This document shows, piece by piece, positions 28,179 through 37,534 of a stretch of DNA of 64,000 nucleotides; within the stretch, counting starts at the first letter, position 1, and each line of letters starts with the position of its first letter. This DNA is from an uncultured Planctomycetaceae bacterium (lineage in GTDB: Bacteria; Planctomycetota; UBA1135; GCA-002686595). Made by a program: the position numbers and the translations under genes. The notes beneath the pieces were generated by a model. It was given only the letters and a program-made list of their open reading frames with translations, made no database searches and was not told the origin of the DNA. The DNA is taken from NCBI GenBank assembly GCA_964394665.1, contig CAYMYN010000005.1:37461-101460 (forward strand), given 5' to 3'.

Positions 28179-29900
28179 ATGGCCAAGTCCTGCGGCATTC
28201 GCATCGGCGCCGGCGCCTTCGAGCTGGTCGTGCTCGAGGGGAGCGCGAAGAAACACCGCGTGGTGCACGCGGTCTCGGGGACCTTCGCCGGCGAGGGCCT
28301 GGCGGACCCCAAGGCCGCGGGCAGCGCGTTGAAGACGGCCATGAAGGGGCTCGGTGTCCCGACCGAGAACCTTGGCCTGGCGATGGACTCGCGCCACGCC
28401 GCCTTCCGCAAGCTCAAGCTGCCCTTCACCGACCGCGCCAAGATCGAATCGGTGCTCAAGTACGAGGTCGAGGGCGAGCTGCCGCAGTTCTCGATCGACG
28501 ACGTGGTGGTGGACTTCCTGGTCCTCTCCCAGGGCGCCGACGGCGTGCAGCTCCTGACGAGCGCGGTACCGAAGGCCGAGATCCAGCGTGCCCTGGGGGC
28601 GCTCAGATCCGCGGGCTTGGAACCCCTGGAGGTCGAGCTCGAGGTGACCGCGATGGTGAACGCCGCCCACGCGGCCGGGCTCACCCAGGCCGACAGCGCG
28701 GTCGTGCTCGTGCACGTGGGCGAGGAATCGACCTCGGTCGTGACCGTCGACGGCGGGTCGGCCAACGAGATGCGCGTGATCCACCTGGGCGCGGGGAGCC
28801 CGGTGCCGCCCGAGACCGGGGAGAGCGCGGCGGAGGACGGCGACGAGCCGGGCACGGTGCCCGCCGCGGGCACCTCGCCGGTCGAACGCGAGCGGAACCT
28901 CGAGCAAGCCGCCCAACGCATTCGACGCGAGCTCTCGCGCACGATCTCCGGGGCCCGCACCGCGCACGAGCTCGCCTCGGTCTACGTGTGTGGCCGCGAG
29001 CTGCCGGGCCTCGTGGGTAGCGAGCTGATGGGCCTTTCGGTCGAGCGCCTCGCGGTCGGCCTGGACGGCGGCGAGGGATTGGCGCAGGGGACCGAGATCG
29101 CCTACGGCGTGGCGCTGCGCCAGCTCGGGGGCGGCGTGCTCTCGCCGTCCTTGCGCCGCGAGGAGCTGCGCTTCACCGGGGCCTTCGAGCGCCTGGAGCT
29201 GCCCCTGGCCGTCGCCGCGCTGATGCTCGTGACCCTCGTGGGGGTCTGGAACATCTTCCTCTCGAAGGAGGTCCAGCTCCAGCGCGAATCGTTGGCCAAT
29301 TGGTGGCGGAGCTCCAACAACTTCATGCTCACCAACCTGCAAGCCGGTTCGCGGGGCAACCTCGAGTTCCCTTCCGAGAACCTGGAGAAATACGTCCGCG
29401 CCGTCGAAGCGGCGACCGGCGAGACCGGGTCCGCCGCCTTCGCCAACGAGCTCAGCCGCTACGACTCCCTCAATCGGGTACGGGCCCTGATCGAGGCGGA
29501 CATCCGCGAGATGCGCAAGCAGCTCGGCCGCGACACGGAAATCAAGCACCCGCAGTCGGCGCTCAAGGGCATGGCTCTGGTGCTCGAGGTCTTCAGCGAG
29601 TTGGGCGACGAGATCGGACGGTTCTCGATCCGCCAGGTCGACGCCCGCCAGCAGCGCCCCAGCCAGCGCACTCCCGAACACGTGCGCGTCACCATGGACG
29701 TCGCGTTCTTCGCCAACTCGCCCGCCCAGGCCACCGAGAACTACGAGCGCCTGGTGGCCGCCTTCAACGCCAAGCCCTGGCGCATGAACTTCACGTCCAA
29801 GGAGAACACGCCGCTGGACGACAGCCGGGGCATCTATCTGCAAGGCATCGTGTTCGAGGTCGACCTCGCCAAGGCCGTCGGTGACCAGGTGTGGAACTGA
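28179..29900 (+). CDS. GspL-like (PilM+PilN-like) bitopic protein: cytoplasmic actin-like domain, one TM, periplasmic domain
   Basis: N-terminus CGIRIGAGAFELVVLEG resembles the PilM/GspL actin-like fold start. TM (LAVAALMLVTLVGVWNIFL) at ~aa 330, periplasmic C-domain. 573 aa. Confidence 0.45.
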   Translation: MAKSCGIRIGAGAFELVVLEGSAKKHRVVHAVSGTFAGEGLADPKAAGSALKTAMKGLGVPTENLGLAMDSRHAAFRKLKLPFTDRAKIESVLKYEVEGELPQFSIDDVVVDFLVLSQGADGVQLLTSAVPKAEIQRALGALRSAGLEPLEVELEVTAMVNAAHAAGLTQADSAVVLVHVGEESTSVVTVDGGSANEMRVIHLGAGSPVPPETGESAAEDGDEPGTVPAAGTSPVERERNLEQAAQRIRRELSRTISGARTAHELASVYVCGRELPGLVGSELMGLSVERLAVGLDGGEGLAQGTEIAYGVALRQLGGGVLSPSLRREELRFTGAFERLELPLAVAALMLVTLVGVWNIFLSKEVQLQRESLANWWRSSNNFMLTNLQAGSRGNLEFPSENLEKYVRAVEAATGETGSAAFANELSRYDSLNRVRALIEADIREMRKQLGRDTEIKHPQSALKGMALVLEVFSELGDEIGRFSIRQVDARQQRPSQRTPEHVRVTMDVAFFANSPAQATENYERLVAAFNAKPWRMNFTSKENTPLDDSRGIYLQGIVFEVDLAKAVGDQVWN

Positions 29901-30454
29901 TGAACTTCTTCAAGCAGATGAACCTGGCCCGCGCCATCCTCCTCTTGGCGTTGCTCGGCTCGGCGGTGCTCGGCTACACGGGCTGGAAACAATCGAGCCT
30001 GCGGGCCGAGCTGCAGCGCGCCAACGACGTGCAGGCTCCGCTGCTGGTCCAGCAGGTCCAGCAGCTCTCGATCGAGCACACGCGCCTCTCGCGCGAGCTG
30101 ACCGGGGACCAGTGGATCAAGGAGACCAGCCCCAACAGCTACATCTATCGCAGCGGGGACGCCGTGGGCATGGGCGACATGGTCTTCAACGACAGTCGCA
30201 CGGACTCCGGGGTCGGCCGGAACATCATGGACCTCAAGACCCGCATCCGCCCGAACGACGCCCGGCGCCCGTTCGACCGCCACCGCATCGCCCAGTTCAT
30301 GCACCGGCTCGAGGCCAACAGCCAGCGCGTGCGCGTGACCCACGCCAAGTTGGCGCTGATCGAGCGCGTGCGCAACACCAGCGAGCCTCCCGAGGACAAG
30401 TGGACCTACGAGATCGAGATCACCACCCGCGTCCGTGAAGAGGATGCGCGCTGA
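29900..30454 (+). CDS. GspM/PilO-like small bitopic protein
   Basis: ATG overlapping the upstream stop (TGATG). N-terminal TM (ARAILLLALLGSAVLGYTGW), then a ~150-aa periplasmic domain. An alternative GTG start at 29891 is possible. Confidence 0.35.
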   Translation: MNFFKQMNLARAILLLALLGSAVLGYTGWKQSSLRAELQRANDVQAPLLVQQVQQLSIEHTRLSRELTGDQWIKETSPNSYIYRSGDAVGMGDMVFNDSRTDSGVGRNIMDLKTRIRPNDARRPFDRHRIAQFMHRLEANSQRVRVTHAKLALIERVRNTSEPPEDKWTYEIEITTRVREEDAR

Positions 30455-30598
30455 GGGGATCCCACCGCACGGAATCCTGGAGCCGATCCCGGCCCCGCGG
30501 AGCGCCCCGGCGATCCGCGGGGCCGGATCGTTGGGTGGCGATCGGGCGCTCCCCAATCCAGTCCCTCGACGCTACCCTCTGACGCCCAGGGAGGAACC

Positions 30599-31165
30599 AT
30601 GCCGGACTGGATCCCGCGCGAGTGGAACATGCAGATGGCCTACGCGGCCTGCGCGGCCCTGGGCGGCGCGGTCGTGGTGCTCCAGCTCGTGCTGGGGTTG
30701 TTCGGCGGGGACGACGCCGAGGGCGACGTCGACCTCGACCTCGAGACCGACGCGGGCCTGCACCTGTTCTCGGTGCGCACCGTCGCCGCCTTCCTCACGG
30801 TCTTCGGCCTGGTGGGCTGGATCGGGACCCTGGAGGGCTGGTCGCGGGCCGTGACCTTCGTCGCCGCGTTTCTTTCGGGGAGCTCGGTGTTGCTCCTGGT
30901 CGCCTTCCTGCTGCGCATGCAGCGCCGGCTGCACAGCAGCGGCAACATGAATGCGCAGAACGCCGTCGGCCAGGTGGCGAGGGTGTACCTCTCGATCCCC
31001 GCCGCGGGCGCCGGGAACGGCAAGATCACCGTCGTGGCCCAGGGCCGCACGAACGAGTACGCGGCCTTCACGCGTGGCGCAGCGCTGCCCACCGGCAGCG
31101 AGGTGCGCGTGCTGCGGATGACAACCCCGGGCACCTTCGAGGTCGCCAAGCTGGAGCAGACCTGA
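30599..31165 (+). CDS. NfeD-family membrane protein (flotillin-associated, C-terminal OB-fold)
   Basis: AGGGAGG ribosome-binding site 4 nt upstream. TM helices, then a C-terminal NfeD beta-barrel (GQVARVYLSIPAAGAGNGKITVVAQGRTNEYAAFTRG...EVRVLRMTTPGTFEV). Confidence 0.7.
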   Translation: MPDWIPREWNMQMAYAACAALGGAVVVLQLVLGLFGGDDAEGDVDLDLETDAGLHLFSVRTVAAFLTVFGLVGWIGTLEGWSRAVTFVAAFLSGSSVLLLVAFLLRMQRRLHSSGNMNAQNAVGQVARVYLSIPAAGAGNGKITVVAQGRTNEYAAFTRGAALPTGSEVRVLRMTTPGTFEVAKLEQT

Positions 31166-31168
31166 ATC

Positions 31169-32833
31169 ATGATCGCCCCGACCCTCGCGCAGTTCTCGCT
31201 CAACGACTCCGGACCGCTCTGGATCGCCCTCGCGGCGGCGGTGGTCCTGATCTTCTTCGGGCTCTCCGTCGTGCTCGTGCGGCGCTACAAGCGCTGCCCC
31301 AGCAACCGCATCCTGGTGGTCTACGGCCGATCCTCGACCGGGCAGGTGGCCAAGACCATGCACGGCGGCGGCACGCTCGTGCTGCCCCTGATCCAGGACT
31401 ACGCCTACCTGGCGCTGGACCCGATCCAGATCGAGGTCGACCTGGCGGGCGCCCTGTCGATGGAGAACATCCGCATCTCGGTGCCGAGCGTGTTCACCGT
31501 CGCGATCGGGACCGAGCCCGAGATCATGAACAACGCGGCCATCCGCCTGCTCGGGCTCTCGACGCGCGACATCGCCAAGCAGGCCGAGGACATCATCTTC
31601 GGCCAGCTCCGCCAGGTGATCGCCTCGATGTTGATCGAGGACATCAACCGGGATCGTGAGCAGTTCCTGCACAACATCCAGCAGTCCCTGGAGCCCGAGC
31701 TGGCGAAGATCGGCCTCGTCTTGATCAACGTCAACATCAAGGACATCACCGACGAGTCGGGCTACATCGAGGCCATCGGGCGCAAGGCGGCCGCGCAGGC
31801 CATCCAGCAGGCCCTCATCGACGTGGCCGAGCAGGAGAAGAGCGGCGCGATCGGGGTCGCCGCGGCCGACCGCGAGCGGGCCGTGCAGGTGGCGAACGCC
31901 GACAAGCTGCGCTCGATCGGGACCTCGGAGGCCGAGCGCGAACGCGCCGTGCGGATCGCGGAACTCGAGCGCGAACGCACCGTCGGCGAGCAGCAGGCGG
32001 CCCTCCAGCGCGATGCCGAGGTCAAGGACGCCGAACGCGAGATGCGCATCCGGGTGGCCGAGGCCAACGCCAAGGCGGTCGAGGGCGAGAACCTGAGCAA
32101 GGCGCGCGTCGTGCAGGCCGAGGCGGAGCTCCGCATCCGCGAGGCCGAGGCCTACCAGGCCGCCGAGACCCGCAAGCGTCAAGCGGACGCCGCCGTGCGC
32201 GAGGCGCAGTTCCTGGCCGAGGCCCGGGCCTCCGAGGCCGAGGCGATCAAGCGCGAGGCCGAGAAACGCGCCGAGGTCGAGGCCGTGGCCAAGGCCATGA
32301 AGGCCCAGACCATCGTCGACGCCGAGGCCGAGGCCGAGCAGCGCCGCATCGCAGCCGAAGCCGAAGCCGCGGCGAACTTCGCGTTGCTCGAGGCCGAGGC
32401 CCGTGGTCAGTACGAGATCCTGGCCAAGAAGGGCGAGGGCCTCAAGCGCATCGTCGAGAGCTGCGGCGGCGCGCAGCAGGCCTTCCAGATGCTGATGCTC
32501 GAGCACATCGAGCAGCTCTCGGAGAACGCCGCCAAGGCGATCTCCAACATCAAGTTCGACAAGGTCGTCGTCTGGGACGGCGCGGGCGGCGGAGCGAACG
32601 GCGACGGCAAGAGCTCCACGGCCCGTTTCGTCCAGTCCTTGGGCGGCGTGATCCCGCCCGTGCTGCAGATCATGCGCGACATCGGCGGGGTCGAGATGCC
32701 CGAGACGTTCGGCCGCCTGCTGGGCGAGGACGCCCAGGAGGCCCAGGCCGAGGGTCCGCCCCCCAAGGCGCCCGGCAAGGGTTCGCCGAAGGCGGGGGTG
32801 GCTCCCGAGGGCGACGGTCACGCGCAGGCCTGA
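31169..32833 (+). CDS. Flotillin-family (SPFH/band-7) protein
   Basis: N-terminal membrane hairpin, SPFH domain, long Glu/Ala-rich coiled-coil (EA repeats), flotillin C-tail. 554 aa. Follows the NfeD gene by 3 nt. Confidence 0.85.
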   Translation: MIAPTLAQFSLNDSGPLWIALAAAVVLIFFGLSVVLVRRYKRCPSNRILVVYGRSSTGQVAKTMHGGGTLVLPLIQDYAYLALDPIQIEVDLAGALSMENIRISVPSVFTVAIGTEPEIMNNAAIRLLGLSTRDIAKQAEDIIFGQLRQVIASMLIEDINRDREQFLHNIQQSLEPELAKIGLVLINVNIKDITDESGYIEAIGRKAAAQAIQQALIDVAEQEKSGAIGVAAADRERAVQVANADKLRSIGTSEAERERAVRIAELERERTVGEQQAALQRDAEVKDAEREMRIRVAEANAKAVEGENLSKARVVQAEAELRIREAEAYQAAETRKRQADAAVREAQFLAEARASEAEAIKREAEKRAEVEAVAKAMKAQTIVDAEAEAEQRRIAAEAEAAANFALLEAEARGQYEILAKKGEGLKRIVESCGGAQQAFQMLMLEHIEQLSENAAKAISNIKFDKVVVWDGAGGGANGDGKSSTARFVQSLGGVIPPVLQIMRDIGGVEMPETFGRLLGEDAQEAQAEGPPPKAPGKGSPKAGVAPEGDGHAQA

Positions 32834-33106
32834 GCAGCCCGGAGCCACGGAGATGCTCCGGCTCCCTGGCCGGCGCCGTGACGCGGCTGAGACGGTTTCT
32901 CAGGCCGACCCCGCGCGCCCCGGTGGGATCCGCGCCGCCGCGGCTTCCCGGAGGCGGGCACGGGCTTGCGCCCCGCCCGCCGCGCCGTAAAGGGGATCGC
33001 ACTCCCCAGGTCGGGGATGCGTCCGCCCTTCCCGTTCACTACCCTGTCGCGCCTGGGTAGCGAGTTCCCGCGCCCTCCCATCACGAAACCTTCTGGAGTC
33101 CCACGG

Positions 33107-33385
33107 ATGAAGAAACTCCTCCTGGCCGCCGTCCTGGCCCTGGGCGTCTCGAGCACGAGCTGCCTCGGCCCCGACCACATGTACAACAAGGTCAAGAACT
33201 GGAACGCCGAGCTCTCCGACGTCGATGCCGTCAACGAGATCGTGTTCCTGGGCCTGCACATCATCCCGGTCTACGGGATCTCGCTCTGGATCGACATCCT
33301 GATCCTCAACACGATCAACTACTGGAGCGGCGAGAACCCCGTCAGCGCCCCGGGTCCCTTCCCCGGCTTCACCCGCGCCGACTGA
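33107..33385 (+). CDS. Small lipoprotein
   Basis: GGAG ribosome-binding site. MKKLLLAAVLALGVSSTSC lipobox. Tyr/Asn/Trp-rich ~70-aa mature region. Confidence 0.5.
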   Translation: MKKLLLAAVLALGVSSTSCLGPDHMYNKVKNWNAELSDVDAVNEIVFLGLHIIPVYGISLWIDILILNTINYWSGENPVSAPGPFPGFTRAD

Positions 33386-33405
33386 GCTCGACTGCGATTC
33401 GGTCC

Positions 33406-33445
33406 ACACGGCCCCGCGGGCGCACCAGCGTCCGCGGGGCCGTGT
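33406..33445. terminator. Bidirectional intrinsic-terminator-like hairpin between convergent genes (14-bp perfect stem ACACGGCCCCGCGG / CCGCGGGGCCGTGT, 12-nt loop)
   Basis: Inverted repeat read directly from sequence. Lies in the 105-bp gap between the lipoprotein gene (+) and the ECF fusion gene (-). A weak T-run follows. Confidence 0.5.
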
Positions 33446-33490
33446 CGTTCGTGCGCGCCTGCGCATCGCAGCGCGCCGCCGAGCGGCGGA

Positions 33491-36400
33491 TCAGGGCAGC
33501 CTCGCGCGCAGGAGCCCGCCCTCGGGGAGCTCGAGCCGCTCGAGGCTGGGCCAGGCGCGCGGATCCTCGCCCGCGAGCGCCGCCCGCTCCCCCGGCGCCG
33601 GCGGCCGCACGACGCGCAACGAGCCGGCGGGAACCGGGTCGGGCGCCGCGCGGCCCTCGCCGTCGGGAAGCAGCGGGACCAGCGCGAAGCAGGTCCCGGA
33701 TCCCTCCCAGACCACGAACGGCACGCGACCGGGCTCCACGGCTGGGACGTTGGTGAGCTCGAGCCTGCCGACGGGGAGGCGCTGGCGCCACTCGAGCGCG
33801 CCGCCATCGGCCTCGATCTCGTCGAGCAGGCGCAGGCCGCGCGGGCAGGTGATGTCCAGGAGGTAGGTGCCCGGGACCTCGAGCTCGAAGGCGAAGCGGC
33901 CATCGGCGTCCAGGCGCGTCTCCTGGAAGGTGGCGGGCCCGGCGACTGCCAGCGGCACCAGCTCGACGTGCCAACCCTCGCGCTCGACGCCCTCGGCCTC
34001 GAGGTGGCCCGAGAGCCGGCCCGCGCGCCGCTCGCCGGCCAGGTCGAAGCGCGTCACGGCGCCCTCGAAGACCTCGCAGTTCCAGGGGAGCTCGGCGTGC
34101 GGCGGGCGCGAGCCGTCCACGCTGAGGTCGTTCCCGCCCCCGGGCGACCGGTCGTCGATGGGACACACCAGCCAGCGCCCCGGGGTCAGGTTCGCCAGCC
34201 CATAGCGGCCGTCCGGGCCCGCGCGGGCGGTGCGCAACTGTCCGTCGCCGCGCGAGGCCGCCACCACCCGCCCGACCGCGGGCCGACCGTCCGCGTGCTC
34301 CACGCGGCCCTCGATCGAGCCCCCCGCGCCGAGCTCGAGCTCGAGCCCCGAGAGACCGACGCCGGGCTCGAGCTCGAAGGGGCCGAGCTCCGCCGGCGCG
34401 CGGCCCGCGACCTGCGCCCGCACGACGTAGCGTCCGCCGGCGCGCAGCGTGAGCTCGAAGCGCCCGTCCGCGTCCGTGCGGGCGCGGACCTCGGGGTCGG
34501 GCTCGATCCAGATCGGGAAGCCGCCCCGCGTCGCCCGCGTCGTGAGGAGCGCATGGAGGCCGACCTCGACGTCCGCCGCGGGCGCACCGGCCTCGCTCAC
34601 ACGGCCGCGCACGCCGGGCAGCGGGTTCAAGGTGCAGTCCAGCACCTGCGCGTCGACGAGCTGTCCCGGGTCGAACGGGCCGAGCTCGCGCTGGTCGAAG
34701 CCCGGGGCGACCACGAGCAGCGTGAAGGGCCGCGTGGGCAGGCGCAGCGGACCTGGGACGAGCCGCTCGACCGAAGCCCCGGCGTCCTCGACGCGCAGCT
34801 CCCCCGTCCAGTCCTCGATCGGAGAGCCGTCCGCCGCGAGCACCCGCAGGCGCGCGTGCCGGGGCGGCTCGAAGCGCAGCACGAGTCCGCGCGTCCCTCC
34901 GCGGACCCCGCGCCGCTCGACCTGGGCGAAGCGGTCGTGCGGATCGCGGGCCGTGAGGTCCCAGGTGCCGGTCCATTGCAGGCGCACGCGGAAGTTCCCC
35001 TGCGCGTCGGCCACGGCCAGGGAGCTCGAGCTGCGCCAGAGGGTCTTGCCGCGCACGAAGATCGGCGCATGGGGCACGGGTACGCCCTCGGGATCGACCA
35101 CGGAACCCACGATGCGGCGCTCGGCCTCGAGCTCGGTGACGACGATCCGCACGCCGCGGGTCCCATGGTTCGGGCGGATCTCGACTCCGTCGCGTCCCCC
35201 GCTCCACATCCTGTCGTCGGACTCGGCGCTCAGGGACACGTTGCCCGCCAGCAGGCCCTCCAGCCGGAAGCGACCGAGCTCGTCCGTGCGCGCCTCGCTC
35301 GCGCCGAGGGCGGTCGTCTCGCTCAGGCGCATCGACCCGCCGGGCAGCACGCGCTGCGCCCCCGCGACCCGCACGCGCACCCCGGCGACGGGCTCCCCCC
35401 GCCCGTCGACCACGACCCCCTCGGCCGCGCCCCCCGCCCGCAGCACCACGTCGCCCAGGTCGATGGGCTCGCCCGCCCGCGCGCTGACGCGCAGGGAATC
35501 GTTGGCGAAGCCCGCGCGGCGGAAGGACAGGGTGTGGTGCCCCGGACCGGGGAGCGGCCGCACGGCGAGCTCGGCGCGCCCGTCGGCGCCCGTGTGCGTG
35601 CCCTGCGCGATGCTCCCCGGCGAGACGTCGACGCGCGCACCCCCGATGGGGGCCCCTTGCCCGTCGACCAGGCGCAGCCGCAGGCGGGCCAGGGGCTCGG
35701 CCGCGGATCCGCCGGCCTCCCCAGCGGGTTCCGGCTCGCGCGCGACGAGCGCCGTGCGGAGCGAGCCCTGCGCCGGATCGTCGGCCGCGTCGACGGCAGC
35801 GGAACCCGACGCGGCGGGCAGGGGCAGGAAGGCCAGGTCCTGCGCCGGGGCGTCGGCGCGCTCGCCCCCGCCCAGGAGGCGCACGCCCAGCAGCACGAGG
35901 CACAACGAACCGGCCAGGGCCGACGTCAGCACGAGGGTCTTCATCGCGAGGGCTCCGAGGATGGGGATGGGAAGACCTCCCGCGCCGGCGAGTTGGGCCC
36001 GCGGGCCGAGGAGCGGCGCCAGGGCCGCGCACCAGCCCCCACGGCCCCCGCCCTTGCGGCGCTCCAGGTGTGCGCGCAGCTCGGCCAGGGCGCTGTGCAG
36101 CCGCCAGCGCACGGTGCCCGCCGGGACGCCGCTGCGGCGCGCGATCTCGGCGCCGGTGAGGCCCTCGAAGTAGCGCAACAGCAGCGTCTCGCGCAGGGGC
36201 TCGTCGAGCGCCAGGACGGCCTCGATCAGCAGCCCCTGCGATTCGGCCCGCGCCGCCAGCTCGGCGGCCGAGGGCAGGGCCTCGTCGCGCGCCGCCGCGG
36301 CTTCGCGGGCCTCGACGCGCCGCCGGCGCCGGGCCCGCTGGCGCGCCGCGCTGCCGAGCACGCGCCCGAGCCAGGGCCGCGGGTCGCCCCCCGCGCGCGG

Positions 36401-36544
36401 AGGGCGGCGCAGGGCCGCCAGCCAGGTCTCCTGCAGCACCTCGTCCGCCTCGCCCTCGCCGACCAGGCGCCGGGCCAGGTCCCGGGCCCACGCGGAGTGG
36501 GCCAGCAGGGCTTCGATGGGGACGGGCGGGAGGGCGTCGCTCAT
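33491..36544 (-). CDS. ECF sigma factor fused to a TM segment and ~800-aa extracytoplasmic carboxypeptidase-regulatory-like repeat region (paralog of 20631-23771)
   Basis: N-terminal sigma regions 2 and 4 (VLQETWLAALRRPP...LLLRYFEGLTGAEIARRSGVPAGTVRWRLHSALAELR). Then, in-frame, MKTLVLTSALAGSLCLVLLGVRLL (TM) and repeats (GVRVRVAGAQ..., GRFELTLRAGGRYVVRAQV). 1017 aa uninterrupted. Confidence 0.7.
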   Translation of the reverse strand: MSDALPPVPIEALLAHSAWARDLARRLVGEGEADEVLQETWLAALRRPPRAGGDPRPWLGRVLGSAARQRARRRRRVEAREAAAARDEALPSAAELAARAESQGLLIEAVLALDEPLRETLLLRYFEGLTGAEIARRSGVPAGTVRWRLHSALAELRAHLERRKGGGRGGWCAALAPLLGPRAQLAGAGGLPIPILGALAMKTLVLTSALAGSLCLVLLGVRLLGGGERADAPAQDLAFLPLPAASGSAAVDAADDPAQGSLRTALVAREPEPAGEAGGSAAEPLARLRLRLVDGQGAPIGGARVDVSPGSIAQGTHTGADGRAELAVRPLPGPGHHTLSFRRAGFANDSLRVSARAGEPIDLGDVVLRAGGAAEGVVVDGRGEPVAGVRVRVAGAQRVLPGGSMRLSETTALGASEARTDELGRFRLEGLLAGNVSLSAESDDRMWSGGRDGVEIRPNHGTRGVRIVVTELEAERRIVGSVVDPEGVPVPHAPIFVRGKTLWRSSSSLAVADAQGNFRVRLQWTGTWDLTARDPHDRFAQVERRGVRGGTRGLVLRFEPPRHARLRVLAADGSPIEDWTGELRVEDAGASVERLVPGPLRLPTRPFTLLVVAPGFDQRELGPFDPGQLVDAQVLDCTLNPLPGVRGRVSEAGAPAADVEVGLHALLTTRATRGGFPIWIEPDPEVRARTDADGRFELTLRAGGRYVVRAQVAGRAPAELGPFELEPGVGLSGLELELGAGGSIEGRVEHADGRPAVGRVVAASRGDGQLRTARAGPDGRYGLANLTPGRWLVCPIDDRSPGGGNDLSVDGSRPPHAELPWNCEVFEGAVTRFDLAGERRAGRLSGHLEAEGVEREGWHVELVPLAVAGPATFQETRLDADGRFAFELEVPGTYLLDITCPRGLRLLDEIEADGGALEWRQRLPVGRLELTNVPAVEPGRVPFVVWEGSGTCFALVPLLPDGEGRAAPDPVPAGSLRVVRPPAPGERAALAGEDPRAWPSLERLELPEGGLLRARLP

Positions 36545-36704
36545 GGGTCTTCGACCCGTTCCATGCCGCGGGAGCCCGAAGCGTTGGCGTTTCCTCTCAC
36601 TTTCCGCCCCCCGCGGTCGGGCCCTGTTCCGGCCGCCCGGGGAACGGGCGCTCCGCCGACGGCCGCCGGACCCGATCCTACCCCGGGTGCCCCGGGCGCG
36701 GGGC

Positions 36705-37442
36705 CTACTCGAGGCGTGCGCCCTTGGCGGTGTAGAAGGCGAGCAGGTCCTCCCGGGCGGCGCGCGTGAACTTGCGCCAGACGCCGCCGGACCAGTCGCG
36801 GCCCGCGAGGCCTCGCTCGTCGTAGTGCTGGGCGGCTACGCGGTCGAAGGCGTCGATCTCGGCCAGCAGGGCGTCGTCGTCGAGGTAGCGCTCGCGCATC
36901 CACAGCGCGGCGAGCGGCAAGCGCGGGCGCCGAGCGGTCGGGATGGCGGGGTCGGGTGCGCCGGCGCACAGGCCGAAGAGCGGCCACACGCCCGCGGGCA
37001 ACTCGAGCAGGGCGTCGACCTCGATCAGGCGGTTGCGCAGGGCGCCGATGTAGCAGGTGCCGTAGCCCAGTGCCTCGAGGGCCAGGGTCAGATTCTGCGC
37101 GAAGAGACACGCGTCGACGACGGCCAGGAGGAAGGTCTCGAAGTTCGAGACGTAGCTCGCGCCGGCGCGCTCGGCCAGCAGGCGGTGACGGCGCGTGTCG
37201 CCGCAGACCACGAAGAACGCGCCGGCGGTCTCGACCTGGGTCTGGTCGGCGCACAGGTGCGCCAATCGCGAGCGCACGGCGGGCTCGCTGATCTGGATCA
37301 GGGAGTAGGCGTGGATCCAGCTCGACGTGGCTGCCTGGCGGGCGGCCGTGATCGCGTCGCGGAGCTGCTCTTCGGGGACCGGCTCGGGAAGGAAGGAGCG
37401 CACCGAGCGGTGGGCGGCCATGAGCTCCAACAGGGGGTGCAT
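36705..37442 (-). CDS. Oxygen-insensitive NAD(P)H nitroreductase (NfsA-like)
   Basis: N-terminus HRSVRSF, nitroreductase fold motifs. 245 aa. Confidence 0.75.
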   Translation of the reverse strand: MHPLLELMAAHRSVRSFLPEPVPEEQLRDAITAARQAATSSWIHAYSLIQISEPAVRSRLAHLCADQTQVETAGAFFVVCGDTRRHRLLAERAGASYVSNFETFLLAVVDACLFAQNLTLALEALGYGTCYIGALRNRLIEVDALLELPAGVWPLFGLCAGAPDPAIPTARRPRLPLAALWMRERYLDDDALLAEIDAFDRVAAQHYDERGLAGRDWSGGVWRKFTRAAREDLLAFYTAKGARLE

Positions 37443-37534
37443 GGGTACAGGATAGGCGCCGCGAGCGGCTGGAGCTCCCCGCTGGCGCGACCTGCGAGGC
37501 CCTCGGGACCCGGAGGCGAGGTAGCATCGGGGAG

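Noticed and set aside
28179-30454. A complete type II secretion or type IV pilus system
   Set aside because: Only GspL-like and GspM-like candidates are present. No secretin, ATPase, platform protein or pseudopilin genes are in the window.
32839-32861. Short hairpin (7-bp stem CCGGAGC/GCTCCGG) just after the flotillin stop
   Set aside because: The stem is short for this GC content and no T-tract follows. It is too weak to call a terminator.
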